58,087 nt of DNA from Candidatus Omnitrophota bacterium. GTDB taxonomy: Bacteria; Omnitrophota; Gorgyraeia; Zapsychrales; Zapsychraceae. Made by a program: the position numbers and the translations under genes. A model generated the notes under the pieces. The model saw only the letters and a list, made by a program, of their open reading frames with translations. It ran no database searches and was not told the DNA's origin. Positions 40,339 to 49,696 of the stretch are shown here, in pieces; positions within the stretch are counted from its first letter, which is position 1; every line of letters starts with the position of its first letter. Location of the stretch: contig JAJDCB010000008.1 of the NCBI GenBank assembly GCA_029261065.1, forward strand, positions 1 to 58,087. The letters are read 5' to 3'.

Positions 40339-41635
40339 CTGGGTCACCATATATAGGTAAACTTATAATAAAGGCTGTTCCTTTATTCTCTGCACTTTCA
40401 ATATTAATTGTACCGTTATAGCTTTTAACGATTTCTCCCACAATGGTTAAGCCCAGACCGCAGCCTTTATCCATATCTTTTGTGGTGAAAAAAGGTTCAA
40501 AAATCTTATTAATATTTTCTTTAGAAATTCCAACACCATTATCTGAAATTCTCATTTCCAAATCATCTTTCTTATTTGTAATCTCAATGGAAATCTCTCC
40601 ATCCTCACCAACAGCATCAATCGCATTGTGAATGATATTTGTAAGAATACGTTCCACACCTAAGTCTAATATTAAAGGAATATCGTTAGATAAATTTTTA
40701 TTAATTGTAATATTTTTGTGCGCCACATCCATATTCCTACTATTTAAAGCATGATCAAGAGCGTGCGCTACATTTACTTTTTGTTGAGGTGGCGTGTCAT
40801 TGCGGGAACACGCTAGTAAGTTTTTAACAATATTAGCCATTCTATTTAAACCATGTTTGATTTCCATTAAATACCCTTGAACAACGTCATCTTCTTTTGT
40901 ATGTTCAAGGCAAAGATTGGTATAACGCAAAACACCATCTAGCGGATTGTTAAATTCATGAGCGATCCCTCCTGCCAATTTACCAATAGACGCCAATTTC
41001 TCATGGATAACTATTTGATTCTTTAAAATATTTTTCTCTTGGTTCGTTTGGCCTAACTTATCTTTTAAATCTTTCGATTCCTTTACAATCAGCCTAAACT
41101 TTTGATAGAGCTGAATACGTCTAAAATTTAAAGCTATCTGACTTGTCAGAAAATCTAGTAGCTGCATATCATCTTTTGTAAATCGCTTTCCAGATTCTTT
41201 ATCAGTAATGTTTATGACACCTATTAGATTATCCTTAACCATCAAAGGCGCACAAATAAAAGAAGATGTGACATAACTTTTTCTCGGTTTAAAATTTAAA
41301 AACCTGTCATCCTTTGCTATGTCATCAACGAAAACAGGTTGTTTCGACTCAGCCACACGACCAACAATTCCCTCCCCCATACGTTTAACCATACTTTTAG
41401 TTTCAGCTTGAGCCATCCCTTGAGACGTTTTAAGTTCTAAATCATGACCGTTTGATCTTAAAATAAAAATGGAGCCCCTTGAGGCTCCATATAAATCCAT
41501 AATACCTTTAAGCGATATTTCTAATAGCTCATTGGCATTAAAAACGGTATTAACTGTTTCGCAAATCTCACTAATTCTTTCAAACAACTCAACTTTAGTA
41601 AGATCTTCTATTGTTGAATTAAACTTTGAGACCAT
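40331..41635 (-). CDS. Cytoplasmic GAF-domain sensor histidine kinase (PrsK-like role inferred)
   Basis: GAF domain; H-box IAHEFNNPL; N-box NIIHNAIDA; DNGVG; FEPFFTTK; GCGLGL. Confidence 0.93.
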   Translation of the reverse strand: MVSKFNSTIEDLTKVELFERISEICETVNTVFNANELLEISLKGIMDLYGASRGSIFILRSNGHDLELKTSQGMAQAETKSMVKRMGEGIVGRVAESKQPVFVDDIAKDDRFLNFKPRKSYVTSSFICAPLMVKDNLIGVINITDKESGKRFTKDDMQLLDFLTSQIALNFRRIQLYQKFRLIVKESKDLKDKLGQTNQEKNILKNQIVIHEKLASIGKLAGGIAHEFNNPLDGVLRYTNLCLEHTKEDDVVQGYLMEIKHGLNRMANIVKNLLACSRNDTPPQQKVNVAHALDHALNSRNMDVAHKNITINKNLSNDIPLILDLGVERILTNIIHNAIDAVGEDGEISIEITNKKDDLEMRISDNGVGISKENINKIFEPFFTTKDMDKGCGLGLTIVGEIVKSYNGTINIESAENKGTAFIISLPIYGDPDE

Positions 41636-41641
41636 TTTTTA

Positions 41642-42532
41642 TTAATTCTCTATAACGATATTTTCATCTCTTAAAAGCTTAAAACTTTGCACCATTCGCT
41701 CTAAGATTTTTTGGAAGGGATGATTGGGGTTTTGACTTAAAAAATCCTGATAGATTCGAATTGGGATATCATAGTTACCTAATTTTGTTGAAGCTATAGT
41801 ATTAATCGTTTTAATTGTTGTCTCTGCACGATCTACCGTCCAATACTTTGGATCTGGAAATTTAAGAAACAAGTCACCCAAGTCCTGTAGGGCATTTGTC
41901 CATTTCTTCTGAGAAATATAACAAATAGACTTAGAGCGAATAGACTGGAACTCAATAAGAGTATCAGGATGTGCGGCAATCAATTGATCATAATGAAGGA
42001 TAGCATCATTAAAGGCTTTTCTCATTTTCACTGGCTCATTTTTAGATTCGTAAACTTGCGCAATCAAAATGGGTGTTCTAATTCCTAAATCAGTTAAGGG
42101 ATAATTTTTCATTATCCTTTCATAAACTATCAATACATTGTCAAAATCCTTCTCCATTGCAAAGGTACGCCCAATTTCAGATAAAGCACTAACACCGACA
42201 TCATCACTGTCATAACTAGTAATAACTTCTTCAAAGACACCTCTCGCCTGTTCAAAATCTTTCTGTATCATAAAAATTCGTCCAGATTGAATATGAGCTA
42301 AAGGCGTTAAAGGGGAATCAGGATAACGCACCGTAAACCTTCGATAGCGATTAAATATTTGTTTAAAATTAATATCCGGAATAATTTTTGGATCTTTAGA
42401 ATATTCAACAAACTTATTATTAATTCGCGTTAATTCGACTTCAGCTGAATAACCACTTCCCTTATCTAAAAAAGATAGTATTAGGAATAATCCAATCAGA
42501 ATCCCAATAAATATTACTAAAGCTTTTTTCAT
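41642..42532 (-). CDS. Membrane-anchored tetratricopeptide repeat protein
   Basis: N-terminal TM; repeated YP.S/TPL/DL..A and A...F/Y..I...YP TPR signatures. Confidence 0.8.
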   Translation of the reverse strand: MKKALVIFIGILIGLFLILSFLDKGSGYSAEVELTRINNKFVEYSKDPKIIPDINFKQIFNRYRRFTVRYPDSPLTPLAHIQSGRIFMIQKDFEQARGVFEEVITSYDSDDVGVSALSEIGRTFAMEKDFDNVLIVYERIMKNYPLTDLGIRTPILIAQVYESKNEPVKMRKAFNDAILHYDQLIAAHPDTLIEFQSIRSKSICYISQKKWTNALQDLGDLFLKFPDPKYWTVDRAETTIKTINTIASTKLGNYDIPIRIYQDFLSQNPNHPFQKILERMVQSFKLLRDENIVIEN

Positions 42533-43401
42533 TCACTTTCCCTTAATAGTAAACATCGCATAACAATGGCTGTATAGACGATACCATCAATAATAAACAT
42601 TATAAAAATACTGAAAACCAAATATACAATCTTTAGCTCTGGAAATTGTTCATCAAGACTAAATGATTTATTGAGTATGATCAAAATAAGAAAGATAAGC
42701 GAAGGTAAGGCAACGACAAAAAAAGTATAAAAAAAAGATTTCGATAACACTTTTAAATTAACCCATAGCGCTGAAAATACTTTTCTTTTTTCTATAACGA
42801 TTATTGGAATAACATAAATAAATAATACCGAGACAAATATATTGATCAATAAATTAAATAAAGGCGCTCCATCAATCACGAGACGTTTGAGCAAATAAAA
42901 AGGACCTGTTGTTGAACGGATAATGATGGCTCTATGGATCGCAATATTGTAAAGTTCAGAAAATAAGATAACAAATCCAAAAGATATAAGCCCTATAACA
43001 ACATAGTGTACGTAATTGGGCATATTCTCTTTTAATACCTCGTTCATTCGCACTTTATCTCCATTATTAATTTTCACAATAATAGAAACCATCAGAGCAA
43101 TACAAAAACATGTCAAAAAGACATAAATAAACGCTTGAACATACATATTTTGGAATATAGTTGGCACTAGGAAAAGATTTAGAGGGTAATGCAGATATTC
43201 TTCAGCCCAAAAAGTCTTAATTATGGGTGTAAAAAATACTTTTAGTGGAAACCGCGGGTAAAAATAAAGAATCTCCAGATATAACAATTTTACAAATGCA
43301 ACAATGCACAGTGGAAACAATATTTCTTTATTACTTAATAATGTCGTAACAGCAGACTTTAATAACGAAAAAACATTGCTTTTGGCTTTATTTTTATTCA
43401 T
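42529..43401 (-). CDS. Polytopic membrane protein, unknown function
   Basis: About 6 hydrophobic segments; 4-bp overlap with the TPR gene. Confidence 0.7.
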   Translation of the reverse strand: MNKNKAKSNVFSLLKSAVTTLLSNKEILFPLCIVAFVKLLYLEILYFYPRFPLKVFFTPIIKTFWAEEYLHYPLNLFLVPTIFQNMYVQAFIYVFLTCFCIALMVSIIVKINNGDKVRMNEVLKENMPNYVHYVVIGLISFGFVILFSELYNIAIHRAIIIRSTTGPFYLLKRLVIDGAPLFNLLINIFVSVLFIYVIPIIVIEKRKVFSALWVNLKVLSKSFFYTFFVVALPSLIFLILIILNKSFSLDEQFPELKIVYLVFSIFIMFIIDGIVYTAIVMRCLLLRESE

Positions 43402-43489
43402 GTCATTGTCAATTTTTGCAAACTTCTTCTACCAATATGGTAAAAATAATTTCTAGTAACTTATTGTATTATAACATTTTACGTAATAA

Positions 43490-43518
43490 ATCGTAACATA
43501 GGGCTATTTGGAAGTCAA
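43490..43518 (-). promoter_or_regulatory. Sigma-70-type promoter for the signalling operon
   Basis: Minus strand TTGACT-N17-TACGAT. Confidence 0.55.
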
Positions 43519-43602
43519 TGCCATTCATAAAATCTTTTATGAACAATTTTAACCGTAACATGATATACCGCAGCATTTTAAGGCAAGATCTTCAAATCAG
43601 AC

Positions 43603-43644
43603 AAAAAAATAAGGTAGATTATGTGTATAACCTACCTTATTTTT
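43603..43644 (-). terminator. Intrinsic terminator closing the PEP-CTERM unit
   Basis: 13-bp inverted repeat AAAAATAAGGTAG/CTACCTTATTTTT (43605-43617/43632-43644), giving a T7 run on the minus strand. Confidence 0.7.
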
Positions 43645-43690
43645 ATAATGTATAATAATAAGCATTCGTATGATTACTGAATGATATATC

Positions 43691-43963
43691 TTATTTTTTC
43701 TTATTTTTGAAATAAGCCATTGCTACTAAACCAGTTCCAAGAAGCAACATAGTTGCTGGCTCTGGATTAACTACTGTAGCTACAGTACCGCCACCACCAG
43801 CACCTGCAGCAGCTCCACCGCCGCCACCAGCTCCACCAGTACCAGTAAAAAGGCTACCAAGAGCAGCACTTCCACCACCACCGCCGCCTTGACATCCTGC
43901 AACTAAAGGAAGGAGCACTAACATGCTTACCGAGTGTACTATTTTTTTAATTTTTGATAACAT
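43691..43963 (-). CDS. 90-aa Gly-rich lipoprotein with PEP-CTERM sorting signal
   Basis: Lipobox LVAG|C24; Gly/Ala linker; NPEPATMLLLGTGLVAMAYFKNKKK. Confidence 0.85.
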   Translation of the reverse strand: MLSKIKKIVHSVSMLVLLPLVAGCQGGGGGGSAALGSLFTGTGGAGGGGGAAAGAGGGGTVATVVNPEPATMLLLGTGLVAMAYFKNKKK

Positions 43964-44017
43964 TTTTTTAACTTCTCCTCAACTTAATTGATAAATCCTC
44001 GTTGATTAAAAACGCAA

Positions 44018-44890
44018 TTAGCTTCTTTTTTTTCTACGAGTCATAGCAAAACCAACTAAACCAGAACCGAATAATGCCATTGTCATTGGTTCGGGAATTG
44101 GTTGAACTCGGTCTACTAAATAAATTAAATCATCATAATCTTCATCACCTAATTTTCCTGTTTGAAGATTTACAGGCTTATCTTCCCAAGCAATTAAATA
44201 TGGATCTTTAAATTCATATAGAAAAGCAGGAGCAGCACCAATTTGAACCCAAACTTCTTGCCCAGCTAAAGCTGACAATCTATAAGTTAACATATGGTCA
44301 AGACCATCTGGATTTAAAGCTGGATTAGAATCCCAAACATCAATAGGTCCAGCCGTTGGTACACTTTCTATAGACCAACCAAAGTTAGTTCCAGGAGCTA
44401 ATGGACTTAAACCTGCTGTAAAAGGTGTCGCTGCAGAAGTTCCATCACCAGTAAATCCAAAACCACTTTGCCCAGTAAGACCAACAACAGGAATTTTTAC
44501 ACCAGGAGCAGCTGTTGAATAAACTCTTAATGAATTACTATTAGCAGCTGTTAAAGAGATAAGAATAAATGTTCCATCATTATTCTGATCGCTTAAATCT
44601 TGCCATGTAGAATCCGGCCCTGTAAATTGCAAATTATCAACATCTGAATTATGCGTATGTGCTGTGCCTAACAATAAATTAATAGCATCATTAATATCAG
44701 CAGGATTTGGAACACCGGCAAGATTATCATTATCATCGTTTGGCGTACTAACACCAGGCAAATTACCGCCTCCCTGTAGAATCCCATAAACATCGTTTGC
44801 AATATCCGGTGTAAATGGTTGTGCGAAAACGTTTGAAGCTACAAACATAAACATTATCGCTAACATTACATTCAATTTAACTTTTTTCAT
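44018..44890 (-). CDS. PEP-CTERM sorting domain protein with DUF4114-like acidic motif
   Basis: Signal peptide VFA|QP; IAWED...GDEDYDDLIY; IPEPMTMALFGSGLVGFAMTRRKKRS. Confidence 0.9.
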   Translation of the reverse strand: MKKVKLNVMLAIMFMFVASNVFAQPFTPDIANDVYGILQGGGNLPGVSTPNDDNDNLAGVPNPADINDAINLLLGTAHTHNSDVDNLQFTGPDSTWQDLSDQNNDGTFILISLTAANSNSLRVYSTAAPGVKIPVVGLTGQSGFGFTGDGTSAATPFTAGLSPLAPGTNFGWSIESVPTAGPIDVWDSNPALNPDGLDHMLTYRLSALAGQEVWVQIGAAPAFLYEFKDPYLIAWEDKPVNLQTGKLGDEDYDDLIYLVDRVQPIPEPMTMALFGSGLVGFAMTRRKKRS

Positions 44891-44997
44891 TTCTGATTAC
44901 CCCTTTTTGATTATTATTTATATATCAACTCTTTTTATTTTATTTATTAAAAAACATCTTCACTGATGTTATAGCATTATGTGACCCAAAAGCGTCC

Positions 44998-45855
44998 TTA
45001 ACGAGCCCCCTCGCCCGTTACAACCACACGAAATGTTCTCAGGATAATATTGATATCCGCCCAAAAACACATTTTCTTTATATAGAGAAGATCATATCGC
45101 AATTTTTTCCTAACATCTGCAATAGTCTCATCATAGCGATGCCAAACTTGAGCTAAACCTGTAATTCCTGGTTTCACCATTAATCTCTGCTCATAATTAG
45201 GCATCGTTTCCTTAAATTTATCTACAAATACTGGTCTCTCTGGTCTTGGACCAATAACACTCATCTCGCCACGTAGTACATTAAATAACTGAGGCAACTC
45301 ATCTAAATGAGCCTTTCTTAAAAAACCTCCAACAGGTGTAAGCCTATTATCATTTTCCGCAGCCCAAACAGGCCCTGTTTCTTTTTCAGCATCTATTTTC
45401 ATCGTACGAAATTTATAAATCTGGAAAGATTCTCCATCTTTACCAACACGCACTTGAGAATAAATAATGGGCCCCTTAGATGTCAATTTTACTAATATAG
45501 CCGTTAAAAGCAGCATTGGTGACAATACAATAAAACCAGCCGTTGAGGCCACAAGATCAAAACTTCTTTTAGCAAAAGCGTATGTTCTACGAACAAAACT
45601 TACTATCATCCCTAAAAAGCCCCCCCCAAAAAGAGCTAACGTAGATGGCTCAGGAACCATAGTCCTGTTATTTTTAGCTTCAGTGCTCAAATTTTCTAAA
45701 CCTTGAACATCGCTGGCCAATTGACCATTTTGAAGATTTTCTTGTGTATTAACAAATGACACTGTTGCCCATGCAGAAGCACACATGAAGCTTATGATAA
45801 GCGTCATTAATGTTAGCTTGAATCTTTTAATTTGTTTTTGTCTTTTTCTACTCAT
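44998..45855 (-). CDS. Priming phosphoglycosyltransferase (Bac_transf/monoPGT) with N-terminal signal peptide and internal PEP-CTERM motif
   Basis: ASAWA| signal; VPEPSTLALFGGGFLGMIVSFVRR (aa 67-90); then KRSFD, IYKFRTM, LDELPQLFNVLRGEMSVIGPRPE, KPGITGLAQV. Confidence 0.92.
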   Translation of the reverse strand: MSRKRQKQIKRFKLTLMTLIISFMCASAWATVSFVNTQENLQNGQLASDVQGLENLSTEAKNNRTMVPEPSTLALFGGGFLGMIVSFVRRTYAFAKRSFDLVASTAGFIVLSPMLLLTAILVKLTSKGPIIYSQVRVGKDGESFQIYKFRTMKIDAEKETGPVWAAENDNRLTPVGGFLRKAHLDELPQLFNVLRGEMSVIGPRPERPVFVDKFKETMPNYEQRLMVKPGITGLAQVWHRYDETIADVRKKLRYDLLYIKKMCFWADINIILRTFRVVVTGEGAR

Positions 45856-45908
45856 TTTTATCCTTAAGAAAGCGCTATTATTTTTACATCGCGCATAACC
45901 TTAAAGGA

Positions 45909-45925
45909 AGCAAATTGCGTGCCAA
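45909..45925 (-). promoter_or_regulatory. Sigma-54 (-24/-12) promoter
   Basis: Minus strand TTGGCACGCAATTTGCT, a consensus match to YTGGCACG-N4-TTGCW, 54 bp upstream of the ATG at 45855. Confidence 0.9.
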
Positions 45926-46064
45926 CTAAGAATATTTGAAAATAAATTTATCATTTCCTTACTAAACCTTTTATTACCATACAGTTAAGAAATCAACGAT
46001 TAATAAATACAATAGGACATACTAGGACTGTCTATGACAGTTACAGTAAGTCACACCACTAATG

Positions 46065-46105
46065 ATGTCTACATTCCTCAACATAATGTAGTGGACACTC
46101 AACAT
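46065..46105. promoter_or_regulatory. Tandem palindromic enhancer-like sites (candidate activator binding sites)
   Basis: ATGTCTACATTCCTCAACAT (46065-46084) and ATGTAGTGGACACTCAACAT (46086-46105): both ATGT-N12-ACAT sharing CTCAACAT, 21-bp periodicity, 140-180 bp upstream of the -24 element. Confidence 0.65.
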
Positions 46106-46168
46106 ATAAATAACACTATAATATTATTTATATATAGTTATTAGAGTCAATTTGATCGATTTCTGATC

Positions 46169-46807
46169 TTACGGTAGGTATTCCCTAAGATACGGATAAA
46201 TATCTTGGATAAACTCCTTTAAATCAGCTTCAACTTCTGGTGTTCCTTTTTTAAAAGCAGCTGCAGAAATGCGTATGAGCGCACTACTTGAAGGCTTGCC
46301 TAAAAGTGTTTTTATCGTTATTAGTCCTTGTTGCTTCCAATAGCTGGCAGTATAAGAATTTCCCACTTTAAACCAATAATAAGCGAGATGCTCAAAGCGC
46401 CCTTGCTGAAGATTAAGCCTGTGAGCCTTTAAATCAATCTCGGCTGAGTCAAACTTCAGGGGAACCGTTTTATTGCTGGTAATAGAAAAACCACCTCCCG
46501 AAAAACATATCTCCGGAGGATGTGACACTTTTCTGTTATTCTCAGAATAAACGATGAAAAGATCGGCAACCTTGCCATCTTCTGTTTTGTACCTTCTTGA
46601 AAAAGCATTGTCTGTTTCCAGAATTTGATATTCATAATCACTAATGATTAACTCTTCTGAGCTCCAGCCTTTAACAGTTTTAGGAAAAAGATGGATATTA
46701 ACCGTGTCAGACTGTTTATAAACCTTGAAATACAAATACCAAGAAATTAAACAAGAAAACGCCATCACACACAAAATAACAATAAATTTTTTATCACTTT
46801 TTTTCAT
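46169..46807 (-). CDS. epsI: EpsI family exosortase-associated protein
   Basis: FPKTVKGW, RRY, HPPEICFSGGG, YYWF, ALIRIS; adjacent to the exosortase; start placed at MKKSDK. Confidence 0.88.
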   Translation of the reverse strand: MKKSDKKFIVILCVMAFSCLISWYLYFKVYKQSDTVNIHLFPKTVKGWSSEELIISDYEYQILETDNAFSRRYKTEDGKVADLFIVYSENNRKVSHPPEICFSGGGFSITSNKTVPLKFDSAEIDLKAHRLNLQQGRFEHLAYYWFKVGNSYTASYWKQQGLITIKTLLGKPSSSALIRISAAAFKKGTPEVEADLKEFIQDIYPYLREYLP

Positions 46808-46921
46808 AATTATGGCGAAATCAATTAGCAAAAACAATACTTATTGATTTCTTTCCTATGCAAAATATTAAATCTATAATTTTTAGCAATATTTGCCATT
46901 GCTAATTAATCTCTCCTATTC

Positions 46922-47746
46922 CTATTCCAACAATTTTTTAACAGCAAATAGCAGAATAAACGCTAAGACAAAAATCATATAACCCGTTAAATCATGCCAA
47001 AAACCCGTGGCATACTGTGCACCCCAAATTTCACTAACACAAGAAAGCATAACAACCCGACAAACATTTGTAACAATAGCAATCGGAATGGTTGAAAGAA
47101 ATAATATCACTCTCTTAACATGACTACCCTGCATCCAATAGGCAAAAATACTTCCTAACGCTGTCAGAGAAATTAACGACCTTAAACCACTACAAACGTC
47201 GTCGACGATGACCTGTGTATTACGCATAATGATAAGACTCCCCTTTTGTAAAGCAGGGATACCCATGTTGTTTAATAAAATGGCTGCAATTTCAGCAGCA
47301 AACATTTTTAATTTGAAACTAATATTTACAATGAGATGTTGCGGTAAAGGAATCATAAAGGCTAGAAAGAAAATGGGGAAAGCAATTTTCTTTAATGTCT
47401 TTGATCCAAAAAAGAATAAAATAAAACCTACTAAAACAATCAGTGTTGAGTACCCAGAACTAAAATAGATACGAATATTTGGCAAAGAACTCACTATGTG
47501 AATTCCCATCCCCAACAAAATAAGCCTCATCCCCCAAGGGGACTCCTTCCATTTGATTAACTTTAACTCATCTTTTAATTGCCAAATAAGATATATAGAA
47601 ACGATTGGAATCAAAAATCCATGACTATAATAAGAATCTTGCGCCCACCATCGATCCCACATCCAATTATATGTAGGAAAATAAGCCGCAAAAAATAAAC
47701 CTAAAGCAAAAATGTGTTTTTTGTATTTACTTAAAATCTCATTCAT
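46922..47746 (-). CDS. Exosortase (EpsH family)
   Basis: YYSHGFLIP, F.IPLP, triad Cys (DVCSGLRSL), Arg (NVCRV) and His (FWHDLTG); polytopic membrane protein. Confidence 0.93.
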   Translation of the reverse strand: MNEILSKYKKHIFALGLFFAAYFPTYNWMWDRWWAQDSYYSHGFLIPIVSIYLIWQLKDELKLIKWKESPWGMRLILLGMGIHIVSSLPNIRIYFSSGYSTLIVLVGFILFFFGSKTLKKIAFPIFFLAFMIPLPQHLIVNISFKLKMFAAEIAAILLNNMGIPALQKGSLIIMRNTQVIVDDVCSGLRSLISLTALGSIFAYWMQGSHVKRVILFLSTIPIAIVTNVCRVVMLSCVSEIWGAQYATGFWHDLTGYMIFVLAFILLFAVKKLLE

Positions 47747-47747
47747 A

Positions 47748-48896
47748 TTAACTCCTCGCCTTCTCCCACTTGACTTCTTGTTTTTGCAGCAAAAACCTTA
47801 AAAGACCAACTAACGCTGAAAAATTCAATAAACAAAAAACATAAGGCACATAACATAATTTGGCAATAAACTTTAGAATACCATATGTTTGATATCTTGC
47901 CAAGGCACCTACAAAAGCCATTAAATAAAAAAGAAACTGCAAAAATAGTATTATTTGATAAAACTCCTCATTAAGCAAGGCCAAATTCAACAAAAAAACA
48001 AAGATAAGACAATACGGCATAACGACCCTTAAAAACTTATGAGAAAACAATTGAACCGCAACCGGACTTAAGCCTGGCACAAACATCCCTTTAAAAAGGC
48101 CAAAAATTTGATAATTCCCATACAATGTTCGCGCTTTTCTTCGGTACTCTTCTTTGGGACTGTCAGCCACCTCGTCATAGGCACGCGCATTATCGTCAAA
48201 ATAAGCACGATATCCTTGTTGAATAATTTTTAAAGGAACATACATATCATCTAACACCACAGACTCTGGAATTGGCGTATAAAGTTCTTTACGTAATACA
48301 TAAATCGCGCCTGTCGCGCCTAACATCGAATGCCATTTAGCCTCATAGAGCCTAATAAATTTTTCATAACTCCAATAAAGATTTACTCCTCGTGCCGTCG
48401 CCCCTTCCTTTTTGGAGAACACTAACTCGCCACTAACACATCCCACCGATGGATCAGCCAAATTGCTTACTAATACTTTAAGAGCATTCTTATCAAAAAG
48501 TTGACGGGCATCCGTAAATAACAGAATATCGTACTTAGCCTTTGGTACTAATTGATTAAGGGTAACCATTTTGCCATGGCGTCTATCATCTTTTACTAAA
48601 TGAACCCTTGAATCATCAATAGCCTCAATAAGCTCATTGGTCTTATCTGTTGAACCATCTGAGCCGATGATGATTTCAATTTTTTCCTTCGGATAGTCTA
48701 GTGAAAGGAGATTTTCTATCTTGGGAACAATCACATCTTCTTCGTTATAAACAGATAAAACAATCGACACCGACGGTTCAATGGAACTTTTTTTAACCCT
48801 CTTCTCATTAATACTAGCTAACAAATAGATAGCCAAAGGATAACCAAAATAACAATAGACAATTAAAATAATAAAAAACCAAAATAAAACTTCCAT
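47748..48896 (-). CDS. Family 2 glycosyltransferase (IcaA/PgaC-like, membrane-bound)
   Basis: VYNEE, SDGSTD, FTDAR, GATGAIY, LDDM; flanking TM segments. Confidence 0.88.
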   Translation of the reverse strand: MEVLFWFFIILIVYCYFGYPLAIYLLASINEKRVKKSSIEPSVSIVLSVYNEEDVIVPKIENLLSLDYPKEKIEIIIGSDGSTDKTNELIEAIDDSRVHLVKDDRRHGKMVTLNQLVPKAKYDILLFTDARQLFDKNALKVLVSNLADPSVGCVSGELVFSKKEGATARGVNLYWSYEKFIRLYEAKWHSMLGATGAIYVLRKELYTPIPESVVLDDMYVPLKIIQQGYRAYFDDNARAYDEVADSPKEEYRRKARTLYGNYQIFGLFKGMFVPGLSPVAVQLFSHKFLRVVMPYCLIFVFLLNLALLNEEFYQIILFLQFLFYLMAFVGALARYQTYGILKFIAKLCYVPYVFCLLNFSALVGLLRFLLQKQEVKWEKARS

Positions 48897-48917
48897 ATTT
48901 TTTTCAAAACCTCACAT

Positions 48918-49691
48918 TTATTTAAAAATTTTCACCAATCCACTTCTTAACCAATTGTATCCAGATTCTCCAATTATTCTTTGTACAATTTGTTTAAGAA
49001 CATTTACTAACCACTCTCTTTTTGGCACCTCTAATAAGATGGCTTGTTCAAATCTTTTCATAGTCCATGTTCTTTTAACAGCCACACGTGTCAAGCAGCT
49101 CTCCGTTACACGCGATGGTTTATTAGAAATAAACACATTGTTATAACCAACTTCTCGCGCCATTTGAATAATTTTATTATTGCAAAATCCTCTAGGGATA
49201 GATATATCTTCGACGAGGATATCAAGATTTTTTTCGATAGTTCTTTTTGAAGCTGCAAGCTCCTGTTCAATCTGAGTATCCAAAAGATTTGTTAAAATTT
49301 CATGACTTAATCCATGCGATCCAATGATCATACCCGCCTCATGCAATTTGCGGATTTGATCCCAACTCATGTAGCCTTCTTTTCCTACTCTATTTACAAT
49401 AATAAAAAAATAAGCGCGCGCATTAAACTCTTTTAAAATTGACAAAGCCTGCTCATAATTACTTAATTCACCATCATCAAACGTTAAGATTACCTGAGCT
49501 TCATCATTCTCATCTCGATCAGTAATCGTCGTCATGCTATAATTTCGGCTTTTAAGCCAAGAAATTTGATTACGAAAATTTTCTATAGACACATCATAAA
49601 TATCGGCCCCCGTATCTCGTAATTTCGAAACGGTACCATTCTCAATGGTAATACCGTGGTACATTAAAATAAGCGGTAAATTACTTTTCAT
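48918..49691 (-). CDS. Polysaccharide deacetylase
   Basis: LMYHG, LTFDDG, IGSHGLSH. Confidence 0.9.
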   Translation of the reverse strand: MKSNLPLILMYHGITIENGTVSKLRDTGADIYDVSIENFRNQISWLKSRNYSMTTITDRDENDEAQVILTFDDGELSNYEQALSILKEFNARAYFFIIVNRVGKEGYMSWDQIRKLHEAGMIIGSHGLSHEILTNLLDTQIEQELAASKRTIEKNLDILVEDISIPRGFCNNKIIQMAREVGYNNVFISNKPSRVTESCLTRVAVKRTWTMKRFEQAILLEVPKREWLVNVLKQIVQRIIGESGYNWLRSGLVKIFK

Positions 49692-49696
49692 TCTTT

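Noticed and set aside
46825-46899. 24-codon ORF (MANIAKNY...) and a TGGCA...TTGC motif between the exosortase gene and epsI
   Set aside because: The GG-to-GC spacing is 8 rather than 10, so it is not a sigma-54 promoter; the ORF has long SD spacing, no recognisable features, and a frameshift into epsI cannot be supported without reads.
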